Shown here: piece after piece, positions 1-8,488 of the stretch | Layout of the letters: every line of letters starts with the position of its first letter | How positions within the stretch are numbered: the first letter of the stretch is position 1 | DNA from: Vicinamibacterales bacterium | GTDB lineage: Bacteria > Acidobacteriota > Vicinamibacteria > Vicinamibacterales > CAVVIG01 | NCBI GenBank assembly: GCA_035510155.1 | Contig: DATKHR010000088.1 | Coordinates: 7,846 to 71,845, forward strand | Direction of reading: 5' to 3' | DNA: 64,000 bases | Notes under the pieces: generated by a model | Told to the model about the DNA's origin: nothing | The model's database searches: none | Seen by the model: only the letters and a program-made list of their open reading frames with translations | Position numbers and translations under genes: made by a program

Positions 1-330
1 AAAGGCCAACGCAAACGGGCGCTGCTGGCCGTCGGGCTCCTCACGCCGCAGCCCATCCTGCTCGCCGATGAACCCTTCGAGGGGCTGGACCTTCGGCAGA
101 CACGCGAGATCGCCCAGACGCTCCGACACTACGCTGCAGCGGGCCGCACGATGGTTCTCTCGATCCACCAGATCAGCGACGCAGCCCGCGTGTGCGATCG
201 TTTCGTCCTTTTGAGCGGCGGCCGGACTCGCGGCGAAGGCACGCTCGACGACCTCGCCCGGCTGGCCGCGTCGCGCGCGGAAGTGAGCGCCGGCACCGAT
301 CTCGAGGAGATCTTTCTTGCGCTCACCTGA
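1..330 (+). CDS. ABC transporter ATP-binding protein, C-terminal part (5' end lies outside the window)
   Basis: Frame 1 reads from nt 1 as KGQRKRALLAVGLLTPQPILLADEPFEGLD...MVLSIHQISD...EEIFLALT*. This contains Walker B (ILLADEP), the D-loop and the H-loop (SIHQ). Stop TGA is at 328-330 and overlaps the start of the next gene. Confidence 0.85.
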   Translation, partial: KGQRKRALLAVGLLTPQPILLADEPFEGLDLRQTREIAQTLRHYAAAGRTMVLSIHQISDAARVCDRFVLLSGGRTRGEGTLDDLARLAASRAEVSAGTDLEEIFLALT

Positions 331-1675
331 GGGCGCCTGGCGCTGGATTCTCGCCAAGGAATGGCGCGCTCTGGTCGCATCCCGCGCGTGGTGGGTGCTC
401 CTGCTTGCCATGGGACCGCTCGTCGGCATGTCGTTCATCGCCGCCGTGCGCACGTACGCGGAGCTCAGTGGGATGAACGGGACCGCCGTCGGCGTCGGCG
501 AGGCGTTCTCGCCTCTGATTGGCGTCTGGGCACCGACCTTCAGCGCGTGCGAGATCGCTGCCGCGTTCATGCTCCCCTTCGTCGCCATCCGCATCGTCGC
601 CGGCGACCGCCGGAGCGGCGCGCTGAAGTTGGAGCTGCAGCATTCCATGTCGTCGATGGCGCGCATGACCGCCAAAGCTGTCGTCCTGCTCGCCGGCTGG
701 ACGATCGCGCTCCTTCCGCCGGTCGTCGCCATCATGATGTGGCGCAGCTATGGCGGCTCGATCTATCCGCCCGAGCTCCTTGCCGTCGCCACGGGCCATA
801 TGCTGAATGGCGCGCTCACCATCGCCCTGGCCGCCGCAGCCGCCGCCGTCAGCGAGCATCCGTCGACGGCCGCGATCCTGACGCTGACAGTAACGGTAGG
901 CACATGGGTCATCAGCTTCATCGCCGCCGTGCAAGGCGGGATCTGGGAGCGCCTCGCGAGCTACACCCCGACCTCGATGGTGGCCGAATTCCAGCATGGC
1001 CTGGTGCGGCTCGACGTCATGCTCGTTGCCGCGACCCTTACGGTCCTCGGCCTGACCCTGGCCGCGATCTGGACGCGCCTGGGGATCGCCGTCGATCGCC
1101 GTATCTACGAATCCACCGCAGCCGGCGCGCTTGCCGCGGCGGTCATGTTCGCATCGGCGTTCGCGACGGCCAGCTGGGACGCATCGGAGAATCGCGCGAA
1201 TTCCTTCTCGAGAGCGGACGAAGCCGTATTGAGACAGATTCACGAGCCCCTGCGGATCGAAGCACACCTCGCCGCCGAAGATCCGCGGCGAGTCGACCTC
1301 GAGCGTCGCGCGCTGTCGAAGCTGCGCCGTGTGATGCCGAGGCTGCAGGTGCAGTACATCGCCGCCACGACAACCGGCCTGTTCGAACAAACGGCGTCCC
1401 AGTACGGCGAGATCTGGTATGAGCTTGGAGGACGCCGGGCGATGAGCCGCGCCACCACGGGGGAGAGCGTGCTCGAGACGATCTTCGCGCTCGCGGGCGC
1501 GGTGCCCCCTGCCGAGATCGACCGCGATGTGTTCCGTGGCCACCCGCTCGCCGTGCCGCCGCGCGGCGCCGCAGCGGTCTTTTACGGTGTGTGGCCAGCA
1601 TTAGTCGTGGCCGGCGGACTGCTCACACGTCCAGCGAGTAACGGATTGCTCACACGTTCAGGGAGTGAAAGATGA
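317..1675 (+). CDS. ABC-2-type transporter permease with a GldG-like C-terminal segment
   Basis: 452-aa ORF with a TTG start overlapping the ATPase stop. The N-terminal ~280 aa form multiple hydrophobic helices typical of ABC-2 permeases. The C-terminal soluble part (DASENRANSFS...LRIEAHLAAEDPRR) resembles the start of ABC-type auxiliary (GldG-like) proteins. Confidence 0.6.
   Translation: MRSPEGAWRWILAKEWRALVASRAWWVLLLAMGPLVGMSFIAAVRTYAELSGMNGTAVGVGEAFSPLIGVWAPTFSACEIAAAFMLPFVAIRIVAGDRRSGALKLELQHSMSSMARMTAKAVVLLAGWTIALLPPVVAIMMWRSYGGSIYPPELLAVATGHMLNGALTIALAAAAAAVSEHPSTAAILTLTVTVGTWVISFIAAVQGGIWERLASYTPTSMVAEFQHGLVRLDVMLVAATLTVLGLTLAAIWTRLGIAVDRRIYESTAAGALAAAVMFASAFATASWDASENRANSFSRADEAVLRQIHEPLRIEAHLAAEDPRRVDLERRALSKLRRVMPRLQVQYIAATTTGLFEQTASQYGEIWYELGGRRAMSRATTGESVLETIFALAGAVPPAEIDRDVFRGHPLAVPPRGAAAVFYGVWPALVVAGGLLTRPASNGLLTRSGSER
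1616..1669 (+). repeat. Two tandem 27-bp copies at the 3' end of the permease gene, just upstream of the next start codon
   Basis: ggactgctcacacgtccagcgagtaac / ggattgctcacacgttcagggagtgaa match at 22 of 27 positions. They encode GLLTRPASN/GLLTRSGSE. The second copy carries the GGGAG Shine-Dalgarno for the ATG at 1672. Confidence 0.6.
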
Positions 1676-2487
1676 CGCGTTCGATGAACACTCTGGCACT
1701 GGCGCCCGCGCTCGTCGCAACCAGTCTCTTGGCCGCTCGGCTCAAAGTCGACCTGAGCAAAGAACAGGTCGGCCGCGCGCCGGTGACGTTCGAGCCCATG
1801 GTGGGTACCTGGACGGTCGTCCAGGACGCCGGCGACAAAGTGATCATGGTCGACGGCCGCCCCTGGGTCGCAAGCAAGGACAACCCCACGAAGCTCCTGA
1901 TCGAAAGCGCGCGCAAGCTGTACGGCACGTCGAACGAAGAGCTGATGGACAACGCGAAACAATTCGCGTACTTCCCGGTCGCCGTGCTCAAGGGCCTCGA
2001 CAACTTCTCGACGGGCACGATCAGCGTCAAGTTCAAGACGATTGCCGGCGACGCCGACCGCGCCTCAGGCATTCTCTTCAACCTGAAGCCCAACGGCGAC
2101 TGGCTGGCCGTCCGCTACAACGACACCGAGAACAACGTCGCGCTCTGGGAGTTTCACAACGGGATCCGACGCAACGTGCGATTCAGCGATCGCGCCAAAA
2201 AGTTCGTGCCCGACCGCGCGCAGTGGCACGAGCTGAAGATGGCGGTCGACGCGCCTGATGGCGCGAACCGCACCGATTTCAAGGCGTGGCTCGATGGCGA
2301 GGTCGCGCTCGAGTACACGCTGGGGAGCACACCCAGCCCTGGGCGCGGCGGCGCCGCGCCTCATCCGGATCTCATCCCGGCGAACAACCCGGTCCTCCAG
2401 CCACCGGTCTCAGGGAGAGTGGGCCTCTGGGCCAAGACCGACACCACCAGCTACTTCAAGGACTTCGTCGTCACTTCTTCAAAATAA
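1672..2487 (+). CDS. Secreted protein, probable DUF1080 / LamG-like jelly-roll domain
   Basis: 271-aa ORF with GGGAG 8 nt upstream of the ATG. It has an N-terminal signal-like segment (MTRSMNTLALAPALVATSLLAA). The composition is beta-rich and ends in the W/F-rich pattern ...GRVGLWAKTDTTSYFKDFVV, typical of DUF1080-type lectin-fold proteins. Confidence 0.5.
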   Translation: MTRSMNTLALAPALVATSLLAARLKVDLSKEQVGRAPVTFEPMVGTWTVVQDAGDKVIMVDGRPWVASKDNPTKLLIESARKLYGTSNEELMDNAKQFAYFPVAVLKGLDNFSTGTISVKFKTIAGDADRASGILFNLKPNGDWLAVRYNDTENNVALWEFHNGIRRNVRFSDRAKKFVPDRAQWHELKMAVDAPDGANRTDFKAWLDGEVALEYTLGSTPSPGRGGAAPHPDLIPANNPVLQPPVSGRVGLWAKTDTTSYFKDFVVTSSK

Positions 2488-2499
2488 ATCCAGCTTTCC

Positions 2500-3060
2500 G
2501 TGCCAACTGCGATAGACGTTTCTTCCGTGTTCGGTCTCGTCGCAGTTGGCATTTTCACAGCGCAGATTCTGATTGGCCTGCTGCTTTCGGTTGGCTACAA
2601 CCCGGTCCGGAAATGGCCACGCCGGCGCTTGAAGCTTTTCACGTTCCACAACTGGCTGGGCTACATCGGTCTCGCGACCGCATTCACACATCCGCTGATC
2701 CTGCTCTTGTCATCGACCGCCGGTTTCCGGCTGTTCGACATCTTCGCGCCCGTGTGGTCTCCCACACAGCCGTTCGAGAACACGCTCGGCGCGATCGGGT
2801 TCTACCTTGTCGCCTTCATCGTGCTGACTTCCTATTTCCGCCGCGTGTTCGGCCGCCATCGCTGGAAGCAACTGCATTACACGGCCTATGCTGCCGCAGC
2901 TGTCTTCTACGTGCACGGCACGCTCGCCGATCCGCTCCTGCAGAATCGGCCGGTCGATTTCATCGACGCGGAGAAGGTGTATGTGGAGGGGTGCGCCGCG
3001 TTGATCGTCGTGGCCACGTTGTGGCGGGTGCGGGCGCGACGAAAGCCGGCCATCGCCTGA
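2500..3060 (+). CDS. Ferric-reductase-like transmembrane (di-heme b type) membrane protein
   Basis: 186-aa ORF with a GTG start, about 5-6 TM helices and conserved His in the helices (FHNWLGY, FTHPLILL, YTAYAAAAVFYVHG), as in the PF01794-type domain. Confidence 0.5.
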   Translation: MPTAIDVSSVFGLVAVGIFTAQILIGLLLSVGYNPVRKWPRRRLKLFTFHNWLGYIGLATAFTHPLILLLSSTAGFRLFDIFAPVWSPTQPFENTLGAIGFYLVAFIVLTSYFRRVFGRHRWKQLHYTAYAAAAVFYVHGTLADPLLQNRPVDFIDAEKVYVEGCAALIVVATLWRVRARRKPAIA

Positions 3061-3066
3061 GCAGTC

Positions 3067-4713
3067 TCAGCCGGAAGAAGTCCTGAAAAGACTGATCGCC
3101 ATCCCCACGAGCACAACGACGACCGCGCCGATCACGTTGTGCCACAGGAACGCGATCGGGAGCGTCCAGGCCACGGTCAGCACGACCGCCACGCCCGCAA
3201 AGAGACCCCAGAACGCCCCCGCCGCCGTGGCGCGCTTCGTCAAGATCGCGAGGATGAACACGCCGAGCAGGGAGCCATAGTAGAAGGACCCGTATCGGTT
3301 GACGACCTCGATCAACGATCCCTGGTTCGCGGCGTAAATCGCGACCACGCAGGCGAGGAGACCCCAGGCGACCGTCGCGAGCTTTGAGACGCGCAAATAG
3401 TGCGCGTCGGGCGCGTCGGGGACCCAGTGCCGCCGGTAGAAGTCGATGATGGTCGCGGTCGCGAGCGCATTGAGTTCGCCGCCGCTCGCCGACATCGCCG
3501 CGACGAAAATGGCCGCGACCATCAGGCCAACGAGACCCACCGGCATCCGCGTGGTGATGAACGTCGGAAATACATAGTTGACATCGGTGTACCGCTGGTC
3601 GCCCGTCGCTTGCTGCACGATGCCCACGGCGCGGTCCCGAATGTCCTTGACGCGCGCATCGCTCGCGAGAAACGCGCGGCGGTCGTGGCGGGCGGCCGCT
3701 TCCCGCCGTGCCGCGAATTCGCGGTCGAAGTCCTGCTGCAACCGGACGTATTCGGCAGCGCGGGGGCTCGCGGCGATCTCGGCGTCGTACGCGCGGTTGA
3801 AGAGCATCGGCGGCGTCTGAAAGAGATAGAAGACGAACACCAGCACGCCGGTCACCAGGATGAGAAGCTGCAGCGGAATCTTGACGTACGCGCTCATCAG
3901 CAGCGACTGACGCGCCTCGCCGATCGACTTCGCCGTCAGATAGCGCTGCACCTGGCTCTGATCGCACCCGAAATACGCCAGCATCAGAAAGAGGCCGCCG
4001 ATCATCCCTGACCAGAACGTGTAGGTTTCTTTCGGATCGAATGTGAAGTCGACCGCTTTCAACCGGTCCGTCGCGCCGGCGAGCTCCAGGGCCTGGCCGA
4101 CCGTGACATGCTGCAGGATCCCGTGAAGGAGAATCGCTACGGCGGCCACCATGCCGCCCACCACGAAAAACATCTGCTTGACATCCGTCCACGCGACCGC
4201 CTGTACGCCGCCGATTGTCGTGTAAACGATCATCGGCACGCAGATCACCAGCACGGTGACCGGCAGCCTCCAGCCGAGAATCGCGGACATCACGACGGCT
4301 GGCGCCGCGAGCGTGACGCCGAGCGAGGCGGCGCGCCCCATCAGAAAAATGAAGCTGGTGAGCGACCGCGTCCGCGCGTCGAACCGGCGCTCGAGGTACT
4401 CGTATGCCGTGTAAACCTGAGCGCGTGTGAAGAACGGCACCACGGTCACCGACAACAGGATCATTGCGAGCGGCAGGCCGAAGTAGAACTGAACGAACCG
4501 CAGCCCGGTGAGATACCCTTGCCCCGTGGTGGCGACCAGCGTGACGGCGCTCATCTGCGTCGCCATCACGGACAATCCAACGGCCCACCACGGCAGCGAG
4601 CGGTTCGCCAGGAAATATCCGTCGACCCGGTCGGTACCCTTCGACCGGCGTAGCCCATCGACGACAATCCAGCCGATATACGCGGCGACGACGAACCAGT
4701 CGAGGGTCGTCAC
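3067..4713 (-). CDS. Sodium:solute symporter (SSS) family transporter
   Basis: 548-aa polytopic ORF with a GTG start. SSS-type N-terminus (DWFVVAAYIGWIVVDGLRRSKG...YFLANRSLPWWAVGLSVMATQMSAVT) and 13-15 predicted helices. Confidence 0.85.
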   Translation of the reverse strand: MTTLDWFVVAAYIGWIVVDGLRRSKGTDRVDGYFLANRSLPWWAVGLSVMATQMSAVTLVATTGQGYLTGLRFVQFYFGLPLAMILLSVTVVPFFTRAQVYTAYEYLERRFDARTRSLTSFIFLMGRAASLGVTLAAPAVVMSAILGWRLPVTVLVICVPMIVYTTIGGVQAVAWTDVKQMFFVVGGMVAAVAILLHGILQHVTVGQALELAGATDRLKAVDFTFDPKETYTFWSGMIGGLFLMLAYFGCDQSQVQRYLTAKSIGEARQSLLMSAYVKIPLQLLILVTGVLVFVFYLFQTPPMLFNRAYDAEIAASPRAAEYVRLQQDFDREFAARREAAARHDRRAFLASDARVKDIRDRAVGIVQQATGDQRYTDVNYVFPTFITTRMPVGLVGLMVAAIFVAAMSASGGELNALATATIIDFYRRHWVPDAPDAHYLRVSKLATVAWGLLACVVAIYAANQGSLIEVVNRYGSFYYGSLLGVFILAILTKRATAAGAFWGLFAGVAVVLTVAWTLPIAFLWHNVIGAVVVVLVGMAISLFRTSSG

Positions 4714-4793
4714 GAAAACAGCTGCCCGAAAGCCCAGAGGACCGCGATAATCACCGCTTCGAGAACGAGCACCCTGAGATAGGTCGACGCCAT
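4710..4793 (-). CDS. Candidate 27-aa single-TM leader/small membrane peptide, translationally coupled to the symporter
   Basis: ATG at 4793-4791 is preceded by GGGGGT. The translation is MASTYLRVLVLEAVIIAVLWAFGQLFS*. Its TGA overlaps the GTG start of the symporter (GTGA at 4713-4710). It is too short for the ORF track. Confidence 0.35.
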   Translation of the reverse strand: MASTYLRVLVLEAVIIAVLWAFGQLFS

Positions 4794-4858
4794 CAACCCC
4801 CGGCCGTCATCTACGCGCCATCAGGCACGTGCCATCAGCCACTCGCCATCAACCGTCA
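4789..4858 (-). repeat. Five-unit, exactly 14-nt periodic array of TGATGGC (one unit TGACGGC) in the leader of the symporter
   Basis: The plus-strand motif gccatca occurs at 4789, 4817, 4831 and 4845, with gccgtca at 4803. On the minus strand every unit provides a TGA/ATG overlap (see findings). Confidence 0.8.
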
Positions 4859-4864
4859 CAGGTT

Positions 4865-6328
4865 TCACAACTGCGCGCTCCGTTCGCGAAGGCGTCGCTC
4901 TGCGTCGGCCAGCGCTCGCGTCGCGCTCTGCCACCATGCCTCGTCGGCGGCGAGCTGCAACCGTGAGGCTTCCGCAGCCCGCGCGGTTTCGCTGGGTGCG
5001 GGCCCGCCGAGTGTCATCCGGACTTCGACGAAGTGCCGCGGACTGAGAATCTCCTCCAACGCTCGCTCCGAGTACGACACCGGCTCGCCGGCAAGATCCC
5101 GCGACGCGGCCGCGAGCAGATCGGCCAGCGGGCGCGCCCGATCGTGCTGGCGTCCCGTGATCAATCGCGCCGCAATCGCATGGGCCGTCCTGAACGGCAT
5201 ACGGTGATCCCGCACGAGTGTGTCCGCCAGCTCGGTCAGCGTCGTCCAACCATCGGCCGCGCGAGCCTCAAGCCTGGCCGCATCGAATTCAGCCGTTGCC
5301 ATTGCCGCCGCCACGAGCTTCACCGCACGCGTCGCGTCGCGAAAAGTCGCGAAGACGAGCGGCTGGAGATCGTCCTCGGTATCGACGATGTCGCCGAACG
5401 GCGTGTTGTGCACGCAGGCCACGATCCCCTGCGCCTGCCCCAGCGCCTTGCTGCCGATCGCGCGGGCGTGCTCGAAGGCGACCGGGTTTCTCTTCTGCGG
5501 CATGATGCTGCTCGTCTGCACGAAGCCATCGCCCAGCCGGACATAGTTGAATTCGGCCGTGCACCAGAGCAGCAGGTCCTGAAGGAACCGGCCCAATCCG
5601 ACGAGCAGCACCGACGCAGCGGACGTCGATTCCAAGAGGTAGTCAACCGTCGCGATGCTCCCGTACGTATTCCCCGTCGGCCCGCAAAAACCGAGCAGAT
5701 CGGATGTCAACTGTCGGTCGATCGGAAAGCCGGTCCCGGTGATGGCGCACGAGCCCAATGGGTTGCGGTTCGTACGGTCGTACGCGCTCTTCAGCCGCGC
5801 TCCGTCGCGTTCGGCCTGCTCGATGACCGCAAGCAAGTAGTGCGCAACGGTCGTCGGTTGGGCCCGCTGCGTATGGGTATGGACCGCGAGCACGGTCTCG
5901 CGGTGCCGATCGACCACGTCCAGGAGCGATCGGCGCAGATCGAAGGTCGCCGCGATCAGCCCGAGGATCAAATCGCGCTGCCGCATCCGGTACATCGTCA
6001 TATCGATGTCGTTGCGCGATCGTGCAGTGTGCAGCCGGCCGGCCACGTCCTCGTTTCCTGGACCGCAGGCTTGGACGAGCAGGCGCTCGACATAGAAGAA
6101 CAGATCCTCGTAGGTCCCGTCGTACGTCACGCGTTGGACGTCGTCTCGCGAAATGGAATCGAGCGCGTCGCGAACCCGCCTGCCATCGGCGCGCGGGACA
6201 ATGCCCTGCTCCACGAGCATGACGAGGTGGGCGTAGTTGATCGCGATGAGCGGCGCGAGAAAGAGCTCTTTGGCGTCCTCGAAGTTCTCGTTGAGAACGC
6301 ACGCGACGTATTCCGGGGCGAATTTCAT
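4865..6328 (-). CDS. Argininosuccinate lyase / fumarate-lyase superfamily protein (ArgH paralogue)
   Basis: 487-aa ORF with the lyase_1 signature SSIMPQKRNPVAFEHARA plus TARSRNDIDMT and HTHTQRAQPTT motifs. It lacks the usual ArgH N-terminal WGGRF segment. Confidence 0.8.
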   Translation of the reverse strand: MKFAPEYVACVLNENFEDAKELFLAPLIAINYAHLVMLVEQGIVPRADGRRVRDALDSISRDDVQRVTYDGTYEDLFFYVERLLVQACGPGNEDVAGRLHTARSRNDIDMTMYRMRQRDLILGLIAATFDLRRSLLDVVDRHRETVLAVHTHTQRAQPTTVAHYLLAVIEQAERDGARLKSAYDRTNRNPLGSCAITGTGFPIDRQLTSDLLGFCGPTGNTYGSIATVDYLLESTSAASVLLVGLGRFLQDLLLWCTAEFNYVRLGDGFVQTSSIMPQKRNPVAFEHARAIGSKALGQAQGIVACVHNTPFGDIVDTEDDLQPLVFATFRDATRAVKLVAAAMATAEFDAARLEARAADGWTTLTELADTLVRDHRMPFRTAHAIAARLITGRQHDRARPLADLLAAASRDLAGEPVSYSERALEEILSPRHFVEVRMTLGGPAPSETARAAEASRLQLAADEAWWQSATRALADAERRLRERSAQL

Positions 6329-6343
6329 GGCGCTCGCTTCGTA

Positions 6344-7963
6344 TCAGCCGTCGTAGCGCACGAGGACAATCGTCAGATCGTCGCTCTGGGTCGCGTCGCC
6401 GCAGAAAGCCCGTACGTCCGCGAGCAGCCCTTCGACGAGGGCCTCCGGTGACTTGCTCTGGTGGGCACGGACCGACGCCAGCAATCGATCGTCGGTGAAC
6501 TCGTCGCCGGCGGGATTCAGCGCTTCCGTCACGCCGTCGCTGAAGGCGACGACGATGTCCCCCGGCTGGAGCGCCATCGTCTCCTCGTCAAATTGCGCGT
6601 TCTCGAAGACGCCCAGCACCATCCCGCCGGTGTCGAGGCGGCGAATCCCCGACGCCGACACGAGAATCGGAGCGTTGTGGCCGGCATTGCAATAGGTGAA
6701 GTCTCCGTCCCGGCCCACGATGCCGTAGAACGTCGTCAGGAAGCGCGACTCGATCGCGCGGCGGAACAGGCCGTGATTGAGGCGGGTGATGACGGACGCG
6801 GGGCCGGGCTGATGCATGGCTTCAGCGCTGAACATTCCGAGGACGGCGGCTGCCAGAAGCGCTGCGGGCGATCCTTTGCCGGCGACGTCGCCGACGATGA
6901 AGCCGAAACCGCCCGAAGGGAGATCGACGTAGTCGAAGAAGTCTCCGCCAACGGCGCGACAGGCGATGGAGGCGGCAGCCGTTGCGAAGAATGGACCCTG
7001 GCGCACGGGCGTCGGCAGGAGCGACTGCTGAATCGCCGCGGCGACTTTCAGCTCCTGCTCGAACTTGGCTTTGTCGAGCGCCTCGCGATACAACCGCGCG
7101 TTCTCAATCGCGATCGCGGCTTCGGCGGACAGGGTCTCGAGGGCCTGCTGCGCCGGCGTGGAGCGCAGCGTGCCGCGCTCCCGACTGTCGAGATACAGGA
7201 CGCCGATGACCTCGTCCGCGCCTTTCTGTTCGGCGCGCTCCACATAGCGCACGAGCCGGAGCGGGGTACAGAGCACGTGCCGGATGCCGAGCGCGATGGT
7301 GCCGGCGTGGAGTTGGGCGACGTCTCCGTCAAGCAGGTCTTCCACGATTCGCTGTTGACCGGCGGCGTACACCGCTTCGGGAATCTTGCGGCTGGTCTCG
7401 AATGTCCGGCCCGACAACGTCACCCGCCCGCGTCCGCGCGCGAGCCTGAATTCGAGCGCCCGCTCCCTGTTCGCCAGCATGATGAACCCGCGCTCCGCGC
7501 CCGTGACTTCGATGGCCAGATCGAGCACGAGCGCCAGGACGTCGTCGAGGACGCGGCCGGAGCCGAGCGCGCGCAAGCCTTCGAGGAGCGCCGCCATCTG
7601 GCGCAGCTCCGCGGCGGCGAGAACCGCGCTCCGCTCGACCGACGGCGCCTCGTCGTCGACCACGAAGACGATTGCCGTGTCGTCGGACTGGCCGAAACGA
7701 ATCTGGTCGCCGGGGGCGAGCGTGCGCTCGGCGATGCGCTCTCCGTTGACGAATGTGCCGAATCGCGACTCCCGGTCACGAATGACGCAGGCGCCGCTGT
7801 CGCGGTCGAGAGCAATCTCGGCGTGGAGCCGTGAGATATCCGCGCCCGGGAGTCGCAAATCCGTTTCAGTCCGGCGCCCGATGGTGAACAGCGGCTTGTC
7901 GATGTTCACAATCCGCCGGCCGAGGGAGTCGGTGACGACGAGGCGCGGACCAGCAGTGGGCAT
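6344..7963 (-). CDS. FHA-GAF-PP2C (SpoIIE-type) serine phosphatase
   Basis: I take the start at MPTAGPRLVV (ATG 7963-7961), 2 nt after the GNAT stop. The longer ORF to 8359 would overlap the GNAT gene. FHA domain: FTIGRRTETDLRLPGADISRLHAEI...FGTFVNG. Central GAF-like region. C-terminal PP2C/SpoIIE: GGDFFDY...GDVAGKG...FSDGVTE...DDLTIVLV. Confidence 0.8.
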   Translation of the reverse strand: MPTAGPRLVVTDSLGRRIVNIDKPLFTIGRRTETDLRLPGADISRLHAEIALDRDSGACVIRDRESRFGTFVNGERIAERTLAPGDQIRFGQSDDTAIVFVVDDEAPSVERSAVLAAAELRQMAALLEGLRALGSGRVLDDVLALVLDLAIEVTGAERGFIMLANRERALEFRLARGRGRVTLSGRTFETSRKIPEAVYAAGQQRIVEDLLDGDVAQLHAGTIALGIRHVLCTPLRLVRYVERAEQKGADEVIGVLYLDSRERGTLRSTPAQQALETLSAEAAIAIENARLYREALDKAKFEQELKVAAAIQQSLLPTPVRQGPFFATAAASIACRAVGGDFFDYVDLPSGGFGFIVGDVAGKGSPAALLAAAVLGMFSAEAMHQPGPASVITRLNHGLFRRAIESRFLTTFYGIVGRDGDFTYCNAGHNAPILVSASGIRRLDTGGMVLGVFENAQFDEETMALQPGDIVVAFSDGVTEALNPAGDEFTDDRLLASVRAHQSKSPEALVEGLLADVRAFCGDATQSDDLTIVLVRYDG

Positions 7964-7965
7964 GA

Positions 7966-8469
7966 CTAGAACAGGCGCTCGAAATAGACGAGCGGCACGT
8001 GACGGTAGACGACTCGCCCTACCTCGCGGAAGCCGCATGACGCATAGAATCCGGCCGCGCCGGCCTCCGCGTCGTACGCGTCGAGGCGCACGGCGTCCGC
8101 CGGCCACTCCCGGGCGATCGCCAACGCCTGCTCGACCGCGTGGCGCCCGATCCCTAAGCGCTGGAGCTCGGGATCGACCGCCATCGAGAGCAGGTACAGC
8201 GCTCTCGCACACGGGGTAAACCAGGCTGTATCGATCGCCCAGGGCTTCTTCGTGGTCAACGCGAGCGTCGCGATCGCCCGATCGCCGCGCTTGGCGACGA
8301 AAACGCGCGAGGTCCGCATCGCATTGAGGACGCCACGCTCCGTCGACTCGCGCGACCAATGCCCTTCTCCGTAGACGGCACTGAGGTGATTCGCGGCAGC
8401 CGTGAGGAGCGCTGCGACGGCCGCCGCGTCACCGGCCGAGGCGAGCATGAGCGTGTCGTCCGCAGTCAT
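7966..8469 (-). CDS. GNAT family N-acetyltransferase
   Basis: Acetyl-CoA binding motif LSMAVDPELQRLGIGRHAVEQAL and C-terminal FYASCGFREVG. The start is chosen at MTADDTL (8469) so that it does not overlap the upstream gene. The ORF is open to 8514. Confidence 0.75.
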   Translation of the reverse strand: MTADDTLMLASAGDAAAVAALLTAAANHLSAVYGEGHWSRESTERGVLNAMRTSRVFVAKRGDRAIATLALTTKKPWAIDTAWFTPCARALYLLSMAVDPELQRLGIGRHAVEQALAIAREWPADAVRLDAYDAEAGAAGFYASCGFREVGRVVYRHVPLVYFERLF

Positions 8470-8488
8470 GGTCACGTTCAGGACCCCG

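Noticed and set aside
323-1543. 406-aa minus-strand ORF, together with many similar long ORFs antisense to or out of frame with recognised genes. Examples: 2960-4591, 5033-6451, 6461-7834, 15635-16627, 21293-22513, 27647-29119, 27858-28922, 29618-30979, 32546-33574, 36187-37539, 40735-41898.
   Set aside because: Their translations are Arg/Gly/Pro/Ala/Asp-rich with no recognisable motifs. They overlap genes with clear family signatures in another frame or strand. Long stop-free frames are expected by chance in high-GC DNA.
7964-8359. N-terminal extension of the FHA-GAF-PP2C ORF, and analogous extensions of 9483-13151, 15533-17536, 20791-21540, 21269-23518, 24091-27489, 29330-30061, 37794-39047, 49932-50534, 53259-55766, 56773-58209 and 59863-61047.
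   Set aside because: The extensions overlap neighbouring genes or have non-coding-like composition. Internal starts give proper signal peptides, family-typical N-termini or tight operon spacing.
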